This document shows positions 16,768 through 24,247 of a stretch of 24,247 nt of DNA, piece after piece. A program made the translations under genes and the position numbers. How positions within the stretch are numbered: position 1 is the first letter of the stretch; every line of letters starts with the position of its first letter. The DNA comes from Anaerolineae bacterium (GTDB taxonomy: Bacteria > Chloroflexota > Anaerolineae > Fen-1058). The stretch lies in NCBI GenBank assembly GCA_003154115.1, contig PMCF01000162.1:3958-28204 (forward strand), given 5' to 3'. The notes under the pieces were generated by a model. The model saw only the letters and a program-made list of their open reading frames with translations. It had not been told where the DNA came from and ran no database searches.

Positions 16768-18108
16768 CTAATTGTCTCCAAGCAGACCGGCCAGCGCTTT
16801 TTGCAATCCGCTGCGCGGTACCTGGCCCGCCACCATGCCTGATTGTCCGTTGACGGCGACGGCGAAACTTTCTTGCTTGTAGCGGTAGGCGGTGATCCAT
16901 AGCGGCAGCAGCACCAGCTTGTAGGATTCAATAATCATTCCGCTGGTATTCATGAAGAAGTCTTTATAGTTTTCTCCGGCCAGAGTGGCATTTTGCACAT
17001 GGGCCTGTCCAATTTTCAAGGCGCGCTGCCGCGCGACGAGTGAAGCGTCGGCGAGTGGAATCTGATAAATCTCGGCGGCGTAATCGGCCAGGAGATCGGT
17101 CGAGTAGGGAACCAGCGCTTTCGTATCGTAGTCCATCACTTCGTTCAGTAAATCTTGCGACACCGAATGTGTGGCGGGCACCAACAGATCGTCGTGATAG
17201 ACCAGATACACTTCATTGCGCGGAACCCACACGGTTTGCTTGCCGTGCTGTTCCCCGATGAGGGCGCGCCAGTTCATGGTGCCGCCCAGATCGAAAGTCC
17301 AGACCGGCAGATACACGCCGCGCGGTTTAGCGATAGCCGCGCGTTTATCTAAATCATCGGGCCGGTGTTTCTGGTGTTCGATCCAGGTGCGAATGAACTT
17401 CAGGGCGGCCTCGGCGTTGAATTGAAACGGCAGTACTGCTTCGGGCTGAATGAGCTCGCCGGTGGTGGCCGTGACGACATGGTTCGATCCGCAGAACGGA
17501 CAAGCCCCGCTGACTTGCAGCGGCGGCAGAGCGAAGGTCGCGCCACAGGCTTCGCATTTCAGGACGCGCGCGGTGGGCAGTTCCCAGCGATACGCCTTGG
17601 CGGTGGGCAAAGTCGCCGAGAAATCTTGCTCGCTGATCAACGCGCCTTGTTGAATGGCTTGATATTCAAAGAGATGGTTGCCGCAATACTCGCAGGTGAG
17701 TGAGCGCTTGGTCGCATCGTACGACATACGCCCGCCGCACTTGGGACAGGCGTAACGACGCACGCCAGCAGGCGAGGGGGCTACGTTGGGCGTCACCGGC
17801 GCGATCGGTTGGTTGGGATCGATCACGTCTTCGGCTTTCAAACGCCCATCGAGGAGCGCCAGGCCGCGCCGCGCCGGGCCATTCGCCGGATCGAACGCGA
17901 GCACGTTTTCCAGGCAGTCCCGCTTCTTTTTGGGATCATCTTCGACTTCGCTGAGCCACAACCACGCGGTCGTCTTTTGATCAGACTCGGCGTCCTCGCT
18001 GCGCAGCACCCATTCCAGATAGAAGCGCGCTTCTTCCTTATCGCGCGCCTGACCGGTTCTGGCCGCCGCCACTCCACGTACGAGCATTTGACGAACACTT
18101 TCAGACAT
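16768..18108 (-). CDS. Uncharacterised cytoplasmic protein, paralog A: TPR-like helical N-domain + double CPxCG zinc ribbon + unknown about 250-aa C-domain
   Basis: CPKCGG...CEYCG and CEACGATF...CPFCGS. AGGAG RBS 7 nt before the ATG. Shares collinear motifs with the next gene: TAWLWLS, DP-N-ARRGL, LKC--CGATF-LP--QVSG-CPFCGS-HV, HDDLLVPATH, SYKLVLLP-W, NGQ-G. Confidence 0.7.
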   Translation of the reverse strand: MSESVRQMLVRGVAAARTGQARDKEEARFYLEWVLRSEDAESDQKTTAWLWLSEVEDDPKKKRDCLENVLAFDPANGPARRGLALLDGRLKAEDVIDPNQPIAPVTPNVAPSPAGVRRYACPKCGGRMSYDATKRSLTCEYCGNHLFEYQAIQQGALISEQDFSATLPTAKAYRWELPTARVLKCEACGATFALPPLQVSGACPFCGSNHVVTATTGELIQPEAVLPFQFNAEAALKFIRTWIEHQKHRPDDLDKRAAIAKPRGVYLPVWTFDLGGTMNWRALIGEQHGKQTVWVPRNEVYLVYHDDLLVPATHSVSQDLLNEVMDYDTKALVPYSTDLLADYAAEIYQIPLADASLVARQRALKIGQAHVQNATLAGENYKDFFMNTSGMIIESYKLVLLPLWITAYRYKQESFAVAVNGQSGMVAGQVPRSGLQKALAGLLGDN

Positions 18109-18128
18109 GGATCTTCTCCTGCTATGAT

Positions 18129-19442
18129 CTACTCATTTCCCAGGATGCGACTTAGCCTATGCCGCCATCCCTCTGGCGGTTCTTCCCCTGCGGTGTTGCC
18201 AGTTTGTCCATTGATAACCAGACGATAAATCTGATCTTGAAAGCGATAGCGACCGAGCCACACCGGCAATAGAACCAGCTTGTAGGATTGAACACCCAGT
18301 CGAGTGCTATCAACCCGTGCAGTGTAGGGAAGCGGAAATCCAAATGAGGCATCAAGCCGGAGCACAAACGGTGCATTTTGTTGGGCGATGTTGACTGCGT
18401 GTTGTCGTGCGATGAGTGAAGCATCGGCCAGGGAAATTTGATATACCTCGGCCGACCAGGCCGCCAGGATTTCACTAGAATAGGGCTGTAAGGCGGTGGT
18501 GCTAAAATCGCCCACTTGATCGAGGAGATCCATGGGGATGGTGTGGGTTGCCGGCACCAGCAGATCATCATGGCGGACCGGGCGGACATTGCCTACCCAT
18601 TCTCCACCAGCTAGTATGCCTTCTCGATCGCGGATCGGATGATAATGCGTGTTGAAGCTGATTTCGCCGTCCAGATCAAACGTCCAGTGTGGCAAATATA
18701 CAGCGTGCAGACGTGAGGCGCTGATCTTGTGTTCCGGCGAGTGATGGTGCTTGAGCCAATCCTCAGCGGCATGCTGCGCTTCTATCTCGTCGATTTGAAA
18801 AACGAGGATGCCATCGGGCTCGATGAGATCGGTTTCTGTCGTTGTTTCCAGCACGTGCAGCGATCCGCAGAACGGGCACTCGCCAGAAACCTGGAATTTG
18901 GGCAAAGTAAAGGTGGCGCCGCAACCGGAGCATTTGAGAGTTTGTGCAACGGCCAGATGCCAGTTTTGGGCCCGACGGGTTGGTAGTGCTGCGAGGAAAT
19001 CTTGTTCGCCTGTGGCATGATGCAGCGTGAGCTGCGGATCGCGATGATAGCCGCAATATTGGCACGTCAGCTGATTGTGCGCTACTTCGAATTCCAGCGT
19101 GCCGCCACACTGAGGGCAGGAGCTGCGCCAGACTCCGTTTGATGCGTGGGGGTGGCTTAGTTCGTGAGACGCGAGACGCTTTTTCAGGATGGACAAACCG
19201 CGCCGAGCCAGAATATTATCCGGATCGAGTTCCAGGGCTTGATCGAGACAGAATTGTTTATCCGCCACATCACTTTCAAGTTGACTCAGCCATAGCCACG
19301 CGGTGGCTTTTTGCTCGGAGGTGGCGTCGGGACTGCGGAGAGCCCATTTGAGACAAGAGCGTGATTCAGCATGATCGCTGGGCATCTGAGATTTGGCGGC
19401 AGCGATCCCGCGTGCCAGTATTTGATCAATAGTTTCGGACAT
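18129..19442 (-). CDS. Uncharacterised cytoplasmic protein, paralog B of 16768..18108 (TPR-like N-domain + double zinc ribbon + C-domain)
   Basis: Start at the ATG (19442) preceded by AGGAGAG. CPQCGG...CQYCG and CSGCGATF...CPFCGS. Same domain order and motif set as paralog A. 20-bp gap to paralog A. Confidence 0.7.
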   Translation of the reverse strand: MSETIDQILARGIAAAKSQMPSDHAESRSCLKWALRSPDATSEQKATAWLWLSQLESDVADKQFCLDQALELDPDNILARRGLSILKKRLASHELSHPHASNGVWRSSCPQCGGTLEFEVAHNQLTCQYCGYHRDPQLTLHHATGEQDFLAALPTRRAQNWHLAVAQTLKCSGCGATFTLPKFQVSGECPFCGSLHVLETTTETDLIEPDGILVFQIDEIEAQHAAEDWLKHHHSPEHKISASRLHAVYLPHWTFDLDGEISFNTHYHPIRDREGILAGGEWVGNVRPVRHDDLLVPATHTIPMDLLDQVGDFSTTALQPYSSEILAAWSAEVYQISLADASLIARQHAVNIAQQNAPFVLRLDASFGFPLPYTARVDSTRLGVQSYKLVLLPVWLGRYRFQDQIYRLVINGQTGNTAGEEPPEGWRHRLSRILGNE

Positions 19443-19563
19443 GCTACTCTCCTGATAGTGACCGTAGTTTACCCGATTGCCGACAGACTGAAAAGTCTGT
19501 GTTTTCGTTAGATCATCTAGCGAGATACCGAATTGTTTGACGCAGCGTGCGCCACAGAACACA

Positions 19564-19591
19564 TTGCGGTGTTTTGCTGTCTGTGTATAAT
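19564..19591 (+). promoter_or_regulatory. Candidate sigma70-type promoter for the lipoprotein gene (divergent region)
   Basis: TTGCGG, 16-nt spacer, then TG-containing TATAAT (tgtgTATAAT) at 19586-19591. About 30 nt upstream of ATG 19622. Confidence 0.35.
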
Positions 19592-19621
19592 CAAGCCAAA
19601 ATCACAAGGGGCGTGTCTTCG

Positions 19622-20113
19622 ATGTTTCGACGCTATCTGTTTGTCCTACTGTTCAGCGTTGCGTTTTTGAGCCTGGCAGCTTGCGCCGCGCCCGCTCGCC
19701 CGATCGAGCGACCGACGTTTCGCTACACGCCGCTGAAAGGCGATCCCAAGATTGTCTTCACGGCATCGAATGAGCTGCTCCTGGTCGACATTACCAGCCC
19801 GACCGGTATCGGCAGTGTGACGATTGAGAAAGCCTCCGGTCAGTGGCCGCCTAAGGTTGTGATGCGGCAGCACGTCAAAGGCTTAGAGAGCTTCAAATTC
19901 AAGTATGGCGCAAAAACGGTGGAGGTGTCGGTCTCTGCTGTTCAAACGCGCGAAATATTGGTTCAAGAGGGACAGATCAGCACGCTCAGCCCCGGTGATA
20001 CTTGGGTGAATGTGACGCGCAACCCCGGCTACTTTGACATCGAGGCCCCGGCAGATTTCCTGACGAGCGGGGAAAACAAATTCACGATCGAGTGGATTGA
20101 CTTCTATCGTTGA
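19622..20113 (+). CDS. Hypothetical lipoprotein
   Basis: Start at the internal ATG. Signal peptide with lipobox (LSLAAC). 163 aa. No recognisable domain. AAGGGG upstream. Confidence 0.6.
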   Translation: MFRRYLFVLLFSVAFLSLAACAAPARPIERPTFRYTPLKGDPKIVFTASNELLLVDITSPTGIGSVTIEKASGQWPPKVVMRQHVKGLESFKFKYGAKTVEVSVSAVQTREILVQEGQISTLSPGDTWVNVTRNPGYFDIEAPADFLTSGENKFTIEWIDFYR

Positions 20114-20114
20114 T

Positions 20115-20180
20115 GGAGAAACCGGGTTTCACCTTTCCAGATCGTCACGCAGTTCAAATGGCAGAAACCCGGTTTCTTCT
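20115..20180. repeat. Paired palindromic repeat (GAGAAACCGGGTTTC ... AGAAACCCGGTTTCT) between convergent genes; REP-like / probable bidirectional terminator
   Basis: Each arm is itself a palindrome, and the two arms are mutual inverted repeats separated by about 31 nt. Begins 2 nt after the lipoprotein stop. A second copy is at 23891-23953. Confidence 0.5.
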
Positions 20181-20185
20181 CTTGC

Positions 20186-21355
20186 TCACGGTTGAGCGGT
20201 CACTGGCGTGGCCGGCGTTTCTCCCAAGAACTGTGCTGCGATCTTGGCGATCTTTTCCCAATCGGGCAACAGCACCTGTCCACCCTGCGGTGTGACGTAC
20301 GGCTGAATCATTGTCTCGTCGATGCGATAGGTGTGAATATTCTCGCGCGGGATTTGGCCCCACTTTTTCGCCAACGACAGAATCTCCGGCAAGGTGAGAT
20401 CGGTGGCGAGTGAATCGCCGACGGCATTCAACACCTCCGGCACCTTGTCGATCGAACCGATGCTCAACGCCTTATCGCGAATGGCCAACATCACTTGCTG
20501 CTGACGCTGCAAGCGACCCAGGTCGCTGTCCTGGTGCCGCGTGCGCACGTATTTCAAGGCCAGATCACCATCCATGTGAATGCGGCCCGCCGGGATCACG
20601 AGTTGCTCGGTGCGATAGTCGGGCGTGGGATAGGCGTTGTCGACGATCTCGCGCGGCACATCAATGTCTACCCCGCCCACCGCGTCGACGATTTTCTGGA
20701 AGCCGTTAAAGTCGATGATGGCATAGCGCTGCAAAGGCACGCCAAAATTGCTGGTGATAGTCTTTTCCGCGTAGGCCGATCCGCCGCCGGGCAGCCGGTT
20801 GACTTCGCCCCAGGCATAGGCGGCATTGATGCGACTTCGGACGTTCGTGCCCGGCAGCGGCACGTAGAGATCACGTGGAATGGACAGCAGCGCCGCCGTT
20901 TTGCTGATCGGATCGATCGTGACGAGCGTCATCACATCGGTATTGAGTCCAGCATCGCGCAGCGTGCCGCGCGAATCGACGCCCAGCAACAGCACGGTGA
21001 CTCGGCCATTGTCCGGGGCGGGCCACACATCGCTGTCGTTCGTCACGATCACCTTGGTGACTTGTCCGATGGTGCTGATCGTTTCTCCGACGTTGCGTCC
21101 CAGCCAGCGATCGCGCAGTGCCAGCAGCGTAGTAGGCCCGATCGCGGCCAGCACTAGGCTCGTGCTGGCGCACATCAATACGATGACCGCGAGCAGGCCG
21201 GTGAAGACATATAGCCCGATCGGCTTGCGGCGGCCCGATCGGATAGTTGCATTCACGCGCAAACGCGGCGACGGCTGCGTCTCCTGCGACTGCCAGCGCG
21301 CAACTGTCGATTGTGAACTCCAGATTGAATCGTTTTTTGACATCAGGGCTTTCAT
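20186..21355 (-). CDS. LytR-CpsA-Psr (LCP) family cell-envelope phosphotransferase
   Basis: N-terminal cytoplasmic tail + single TM (LYVFTGLLAVIVLMCASTSLVLAAI). LCP core LLLGVDSRG...TDVMTLVTIDP...ALLSIPRDLYVPLPG...RINAAYAWG. Start uncertain: ATG 21355, ATG 21343 or TTG 21391. Confidence 0.8.
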   Translation of the reverse strand: MKALMSKNDSIWSSQSTVARWQSQETQPSPRLRVNATIRSGRRKPIGLYVFTGLLAVIVLMCASTSLVLAAIGPTTLLALRDRWLGRNVGETISTIGQVTKVIVTNDSDVWPAPDNGRVTVLLLGVDSRGTLRDAGLNTDVMTLVTIDPISKTAALLSIPRDLYVPLPGTNVRSRINAAYAWGEVNRLPGGGSAYAEKTITSNFGVPLQRYAIIDFNGFQKIVDAVGGVDIDVPREIVDNAYPTPDYRTEQLVIPAGRIHMDGDLALKYVRTRHQDSDLGRLQRQQQVMLAIRDKALSIGSIDKVPEVLNAVGDSLATDLTLPEILSLAKKWGQIPRENIHTYRIDETMIQPYVTPQGGQVLLPDWEKIAKIAAQFLGETPATPVTAQP

Positions 21356-21399
21356 TCTTCCTGTAAGATAACGGGCGTGATTGTACAACAACTCACGGG

Positions 21400-21430
21400 A
21401 AACAAAAACGCCGCCCCCTGGAGGACGGCG
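21400..21430 (-). terminator. Intrinsic terminator downstream of cspA
   Basis: On the minus strand: GC-rich stem CGCCGTCC-TCCAGG-GGGCGGCG followed by UUUUUGUUU. 26 nt after the cspA stop. Confidence 0.6.
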
Positions 21431-21456
21431 CTGCTATTCAGTTGTCAGCTGCGGGA

Positions 21457-21666
21457 TTAAATGGGGCTAACGTCCTTGGCCTGCAGGCCTTTGGGGCCGT
21501 GTTCAACTGAAAACTGCACGCGCTGGCCCTCGTTCAGCGTGCGATAGCCGGTCATCTCGATGGCTGAGTGATGTACAAACACGTCCTCGCCGGTCTCTTG
21601 CGAAATAAAGCCATACCCCTTCGCATTGTTGAACCACTTCACGGTTCCGGTTACCTTGTCGCTCAC
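21457..21666 (-). CDS. cspA: Cold-shock protein CspA family (S1-like cold-shock domain)
   Basis: [21 protein letters not shown]...DVFVHHSAI with RNP1/RNP2 motifs. GTG start with AGGAG 8 nt upstream. 69 aa. Confidence 0.9.
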   Translation of the reverse strand: MSDKVTGTVKWFNNAKGYGFISQETGEDVFVHHSAIEMTGYRTLNEGQRVQFSVEHGPKGLQAKDVSPI

Positions 21667-21814
21667 GGTTGCTGCTCCTTCAGAATGATTGAAATGTTAG
21701 GCTGCAGTAAGGCCCGGGGCGGAGTAACAAAAAATCCGCTTCAGGTTCCCGTAAGCCCGAGCGGATCTTGACTGCTACAACCACTTCAGGTTCTTACCGC
21801 TTCCTACGCGCCAA

Positions 21815-21843
21815 ACTATAGCATGCGGCTGTGGTAATGTCAA
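21815..21843 (-). promoter_or_regulatory. Strong sigma70-type promoter of cspA with a long (about 140 nt) 5' leader
   Basis: On the minus strand: TTGACA (21843-21838), 17-nt spacer, TATAGT (21820-21815). The predicted TSS, about 140 nt upstream of the GTG, gives a long leader as in enterobacterial cspA. Confidence 0.55.
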
Positions 21844-22065
21844 ATTTCGCAGTTTTTGGCGATTGGACTTTATCGAGTATAACCGCCGCTGCTTATCAAA
21901 CCGCGCAGACGGGGAGCCTATTTTCGATAAAGTCCATTGAGCGAAGGGCCTCTGAAGGTAAATGTATTTTCAGAGGCCACGCAGTCTTATGCTCGCGTAA
22001 CGTCATCCTGGATTAAGGAGATTACTCTTGCTGGCGGGTGTTCCGGCGGCGTCCTTGCGTAACAC

Positions 22066-22638
22066 CTACGCCGCGACCGACGGCTTGTCAGTCACTTCTT
22101 CCGGCACGGCCATGCTCACCATGCCGGCGATCGCGCCGGCGGCATTGGTGTAGATCGTGCGGCTGATGCGATTGAAGCCGGCCACATCGACGATCGAGGG
22201 CATGAAGGTGATATCCTTCGTGCCGGCATACGCGCTGACATCGCCGCCGCCGACCGTGGAGACCATCAGCTTCGGCACACCGACGGGCAGGGTGCGCATC
22301 GCGTTCGTCGCGATCGAGGTGCCGCCGCTGCCGCCCATGCTCAGGATGCCGTCGAGTTTTCCGGCGTCGTACAATTGCCGTACGATGACAGCGAGTCCGG
22401 TGGCCATCGCCTTCATCGCTTCGTCTTTGTGCTCGCCAAAGCGGAAGCGTTCCAGATCGCCGCCGCCGGCGGCAGCCACGGTGCCACGACTGATGTCCGG
22501 CTCAAACGCCGGTTCACCCAGCACACCAAAATCAACCACGATCGTTTTCACACGTTTCTTCTTGAGCAGCGCTTTGACATAGGCAAACTCTTCACCCTTG
22601 GTGTCAAGCGCGCCCACTATGACCACTGTCTTTGCCAT
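22066..22638 (-). CDS. UPF0261 / Tm-1-like N-terminal-domain protein (short form, C-terminal domain absent)
   Basis: MAKTVVIVGALDTKGEEFAYVKALL... and GGSGGTSIATNAMRTLPVGVPKLMVST resemble the N-terminal half of UPF0261 proteins. The intact ORF stops at 190 aa, and no ORF encoding a C-terminal half is seen downstream. Confidence 0.5.
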   Translation of the reverse strand: MAKTVVIVGALDTKGEEFAYVKALLKKKRVKTIVVDFGVLGEPAFEPDISRGTVAAAGGGDLERFRFGEHKDEAMKAMATGLAVIVRQLYDAGKLDGILSMGGSGGTSIATNAMRTLPVGVPKLMVSTVGGGDVSAYAGTKDITFMPSIVDVAGFNRISRTIYTNAAGAIAGMVSMAVPEEVTDKPSVAA

Positions 22639-22704
22639 GATCCTGTCTCCTTTCTGAGAATGTGAAGTTCGGGAAATGTAGGGACCGCCCCGGCCAATCG
22701 GGGC

Positions 22705-22713
22705 TGGTATAAT
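22705..22713 (+). promoter_or_regulatory. Extended -10 element (TGGTATAAT) of a candidate promoter for the yjbQ-yhhN operon
   Basis: TGnTATAAT at 22705-22713, about 33 nt upstream of ATG 22746. No good -35. Divergent from the UPF0261 gene. Confidence 0.35.
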
Positions 22714-22745
22714 CCAGTGCGGAATTTCGGCAGAAGGATGTCAAC

Positions 22746-23162
22746 ATGATCGTCTCCAAACAACTCACGTTGAGCACACGCGGTAACGGCGACACGATCG
22801 ATATGACGCCCGGTGTTGAGCGGGCCCTGAAAGAATCTCAACTCGCCAGCGGCGTGATCACGTTGTTCGTCGTCGGTTCCACAGCCGCCTTAACGACCAT
22901 CGAATATGAAGACGGCGTGATTGCTGATCTGGGCCGAGTGTTGGAGAAAATGGCGCCGCGTCACGCCGAGTATGAACATCATTTACGTTGGGGTGATGAC
23001 AACGGCCACAGTCATGTCCGCGCCGCGTTACTCGGCCCAACGTTGAGTATACCATTTGTCGCCGGGCGCTTGACCCTGGGGATGTGGCAGCAGATCATCC
23101 TCATCGATTTCGACACGCGCCCGCGGCAGCGCGAAGTTGTGGCGCAGATCATAGGAGAATAA
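22746..23162 (+). CDS. yjbQ: YjbQ/UPF0047 family protein (secondary thiamine-phosphate synthase-like)
   Basis: 138 aa. LTLSTRGNGDTIDMTP ... ITLFVVGSTAALTTIEYE ... HSHVRAALLGPTLSIPFVAGRLTLGMWQQIILIDFD is a characteristic YjbQ signature. GAAGGA RBS. Confidence 0.8.
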   Translation: MIVSKQLTLSTRGNGDTIDMTPGVERALKESQLASGVITLFVVGSTAALTTIEYEDGVIADLGRVLEKMAPRHAEYEHHLRWGDDNGHSHVRAALLGPTLSIPFVAGRLTLGMWQQIILIDFDTRPRQREVVAQIIGE

Positions 23163-23164
23163 GC

Positions 23165-23872
23165 ATGCTCAATCCCGTGTACTTACTCGTTGCACTTGGC
23201 CTGGTGGCGATTCCCGTCATCCTGATCACCGCCTTCATCTTCGGCCACACCAATGCCGAGCGAACCCGCCGCACGATCAAGCCGCTGCGTCTATCGACTT
23301 CGTGGATTCTGGTTGCGTGCGCGTGGATCATTTTTAGTGTGAGTTCGACGCTGCGCACGCCCGCGTTGTTGATCGCGCTGGGGATGACGTTGGGGGCGCT
23401 GGGCGATTTGGTGTTGGCCGATGTGATTCCGTTGCCCAAGCGCATGATCAGCGGCATCATCGTGTTCTCGATCGGTCATCTCTGCTATATCGCCGGCTTC
23501 TCGCAAACAGCGCGCGCGTTGGGCTTGAGCGATCCTTTTTCGGAATCGATCTTGTGGGCGGCCTTCGTCATCGTCGCGGCGCTGCTGTGGTTTTTCCTGA
23601 TCTACAATCCGGCCAAGGCGCGCACCTTGAATTTAGGTTCGTTGTTCTACGGTGGGTTGATTGCGATCATGGCCGGTACCGCTACGGCTCTGGCCTTGAC
23701 CGATCCGCGCTTCACCCTGACCGCGATCGGCAGCGTACTCTTCTTGATCTCCGACATTATTCTGGGCAACCGCGAGTTGCGCGACAACGACTGGTTCCTG
23801 GTGCACGATGTGGTGTGGGTGTTATACATCACGGGCCAAGCGTTGATCGTCTTGACCACGATGTGGGGCTAA
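23165..23872 (+). CDS. YhhN-family (lysoplasmalogenase/TMEM86-like) integral membrane protein
   Basis: Start 2 nt after the yjbQ stop with AGGAGA RBS. About 7 TM helices. YhhN motif GSVLFLISDIILG. The ORF-track start at 23084 overlaps yjbQ and was not used. Confidence 0.75.
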   Translation: MLNPVYLLVALGLVAIPVILITAFIFGHTNAERTRRTIKPLRLSTSWILVACAWIIFSVSSTLRTPALLIALGMTLGALGDLVLADVIPLPKRMISGIIVFSIGHLCYIAGFSQTARALGLSDPFSESILWAAFVIVAALLWFFLIYNPAKARTLNLGSLFYGGLIAIMAGTATALALTDPRFTLTAIGSVLFLISDIILGNRELRDNDWFLVHDVVWVLYITGQALIVLTTMWG

Positions 23873-23890
23873 CGGCGCCGCGCGTGAAAC

Positions 23891-23953
23891 GAGAAACCAG
23901 GTTTCTCCAGTTGGAACGGAATTGCACTCTGATATGGAGAAACCCGGTTTCTG
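23891..23953. repeat. Second copy of the paired palindromic repeat (GAGAAACCAGGTTTCTC ... GGAGAAACCCGGTTTCTG) between convergent genes
   Basis: Same architecture as 20115-20180. Begins 19 nt after the yhhN-like stop and ends 13 nt before the convergent LLM gene stop. Confidence 0.5.
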
Positions 23954-23965
23954 TGTCAGGTGTCG

Positions 23966-24247
<282 letters not shown>

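Noticed and set aside
20115-20180. Possible CRISPR-like repeats (palindromic GAGAAACCCGGTTTCTC units)
   Set aside because: Only two arms per locus in inverted, not direct, orientation. No regular spacer array. No cas genes.
21946-21977. Perfect 10-bp hairpin GGCCTCTGAA-N12-TTCAGAGGCC as terminator of the UPF0261-like gene
   Set aside because: No U-run follows on either strand. Kept only as a note under the cspA leader finding.

Overview
This 24.2 kb window is GC-rich (roughly 60%) bacterial chromosome. Gene content and codon style suggest a Chloroflexota-like organism, with low confidence. It is densely coding, with about 22 CDS and no rRNA, tRNA or CRISPR array.

Recognisable genes, in order:
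- a Schlafen/AlbA_2 + HATPase_c_4 putative regulator, translationally coupled (ATGA) to the 3' end of an upstream gene
- a polytopic GAF sensor histidine kinase
- a ROK-family glucokinase
- a small two-TM membrane protein with a bacterial PH-like domain, followed by a DUF971 protein
- MutS
- a TfoX N-domain-only protein
- an SdpI-like membrane protein and a membrane-anchored class I SAM methyltransferase
- an M32 carboxypeptidase-Taq-like metallopeptidase
- a lipoprotein S33 alpha/beta-hydrolase peptidase
- an LCP (LytR-CpsA-Psr) protein
- CspA, with a near-consensus promoter and long leader
- an N-domain-only UPF0261/Tm-1-like protein
- YjbQ and a YhhN-family membrane protein
- the C-terminus of an LLM-class oxidoreductase

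Three things go beyond routine annotation.
1. A 472-aa cytoplasmic protein (10353..11771, minus strand) aligns convincingly by eye to eukaryotic major vault protein (MVP repeats, SPFH-like shoulder and cap-helix coiled coil). It looks like a short bacterial MVP homolog.
2. Two adjacent, clearly paralogous proteins share a TPR-like N-domain, a double CPxCG zinc ribbon and an unknown about 250-aa C-domain. They sit at the head of an operon whose next gene (stop overlapping start) is a secreted S33 peptidase, followed by an M32 carboxypeptidase.
3. The intergenic DNA is unusually structured. There is a MITE-like element with 9-bp direct repeats and 14-bp TIRs. There is also a family of long hairpins whose loop (GCCGCAGACCA) is conserved while the stems covary, sitting just upstream of the ROK and TfoX genes. 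A 106-nt near-perfect hairpin is present. Two copies of a paired palindromic repeat (GAGAAACCCGGTTTCTC) lie between convergent genes. An approximately 0.95 kb low-GC island encodes a secreted/membrane-anchored protein of unknown function.
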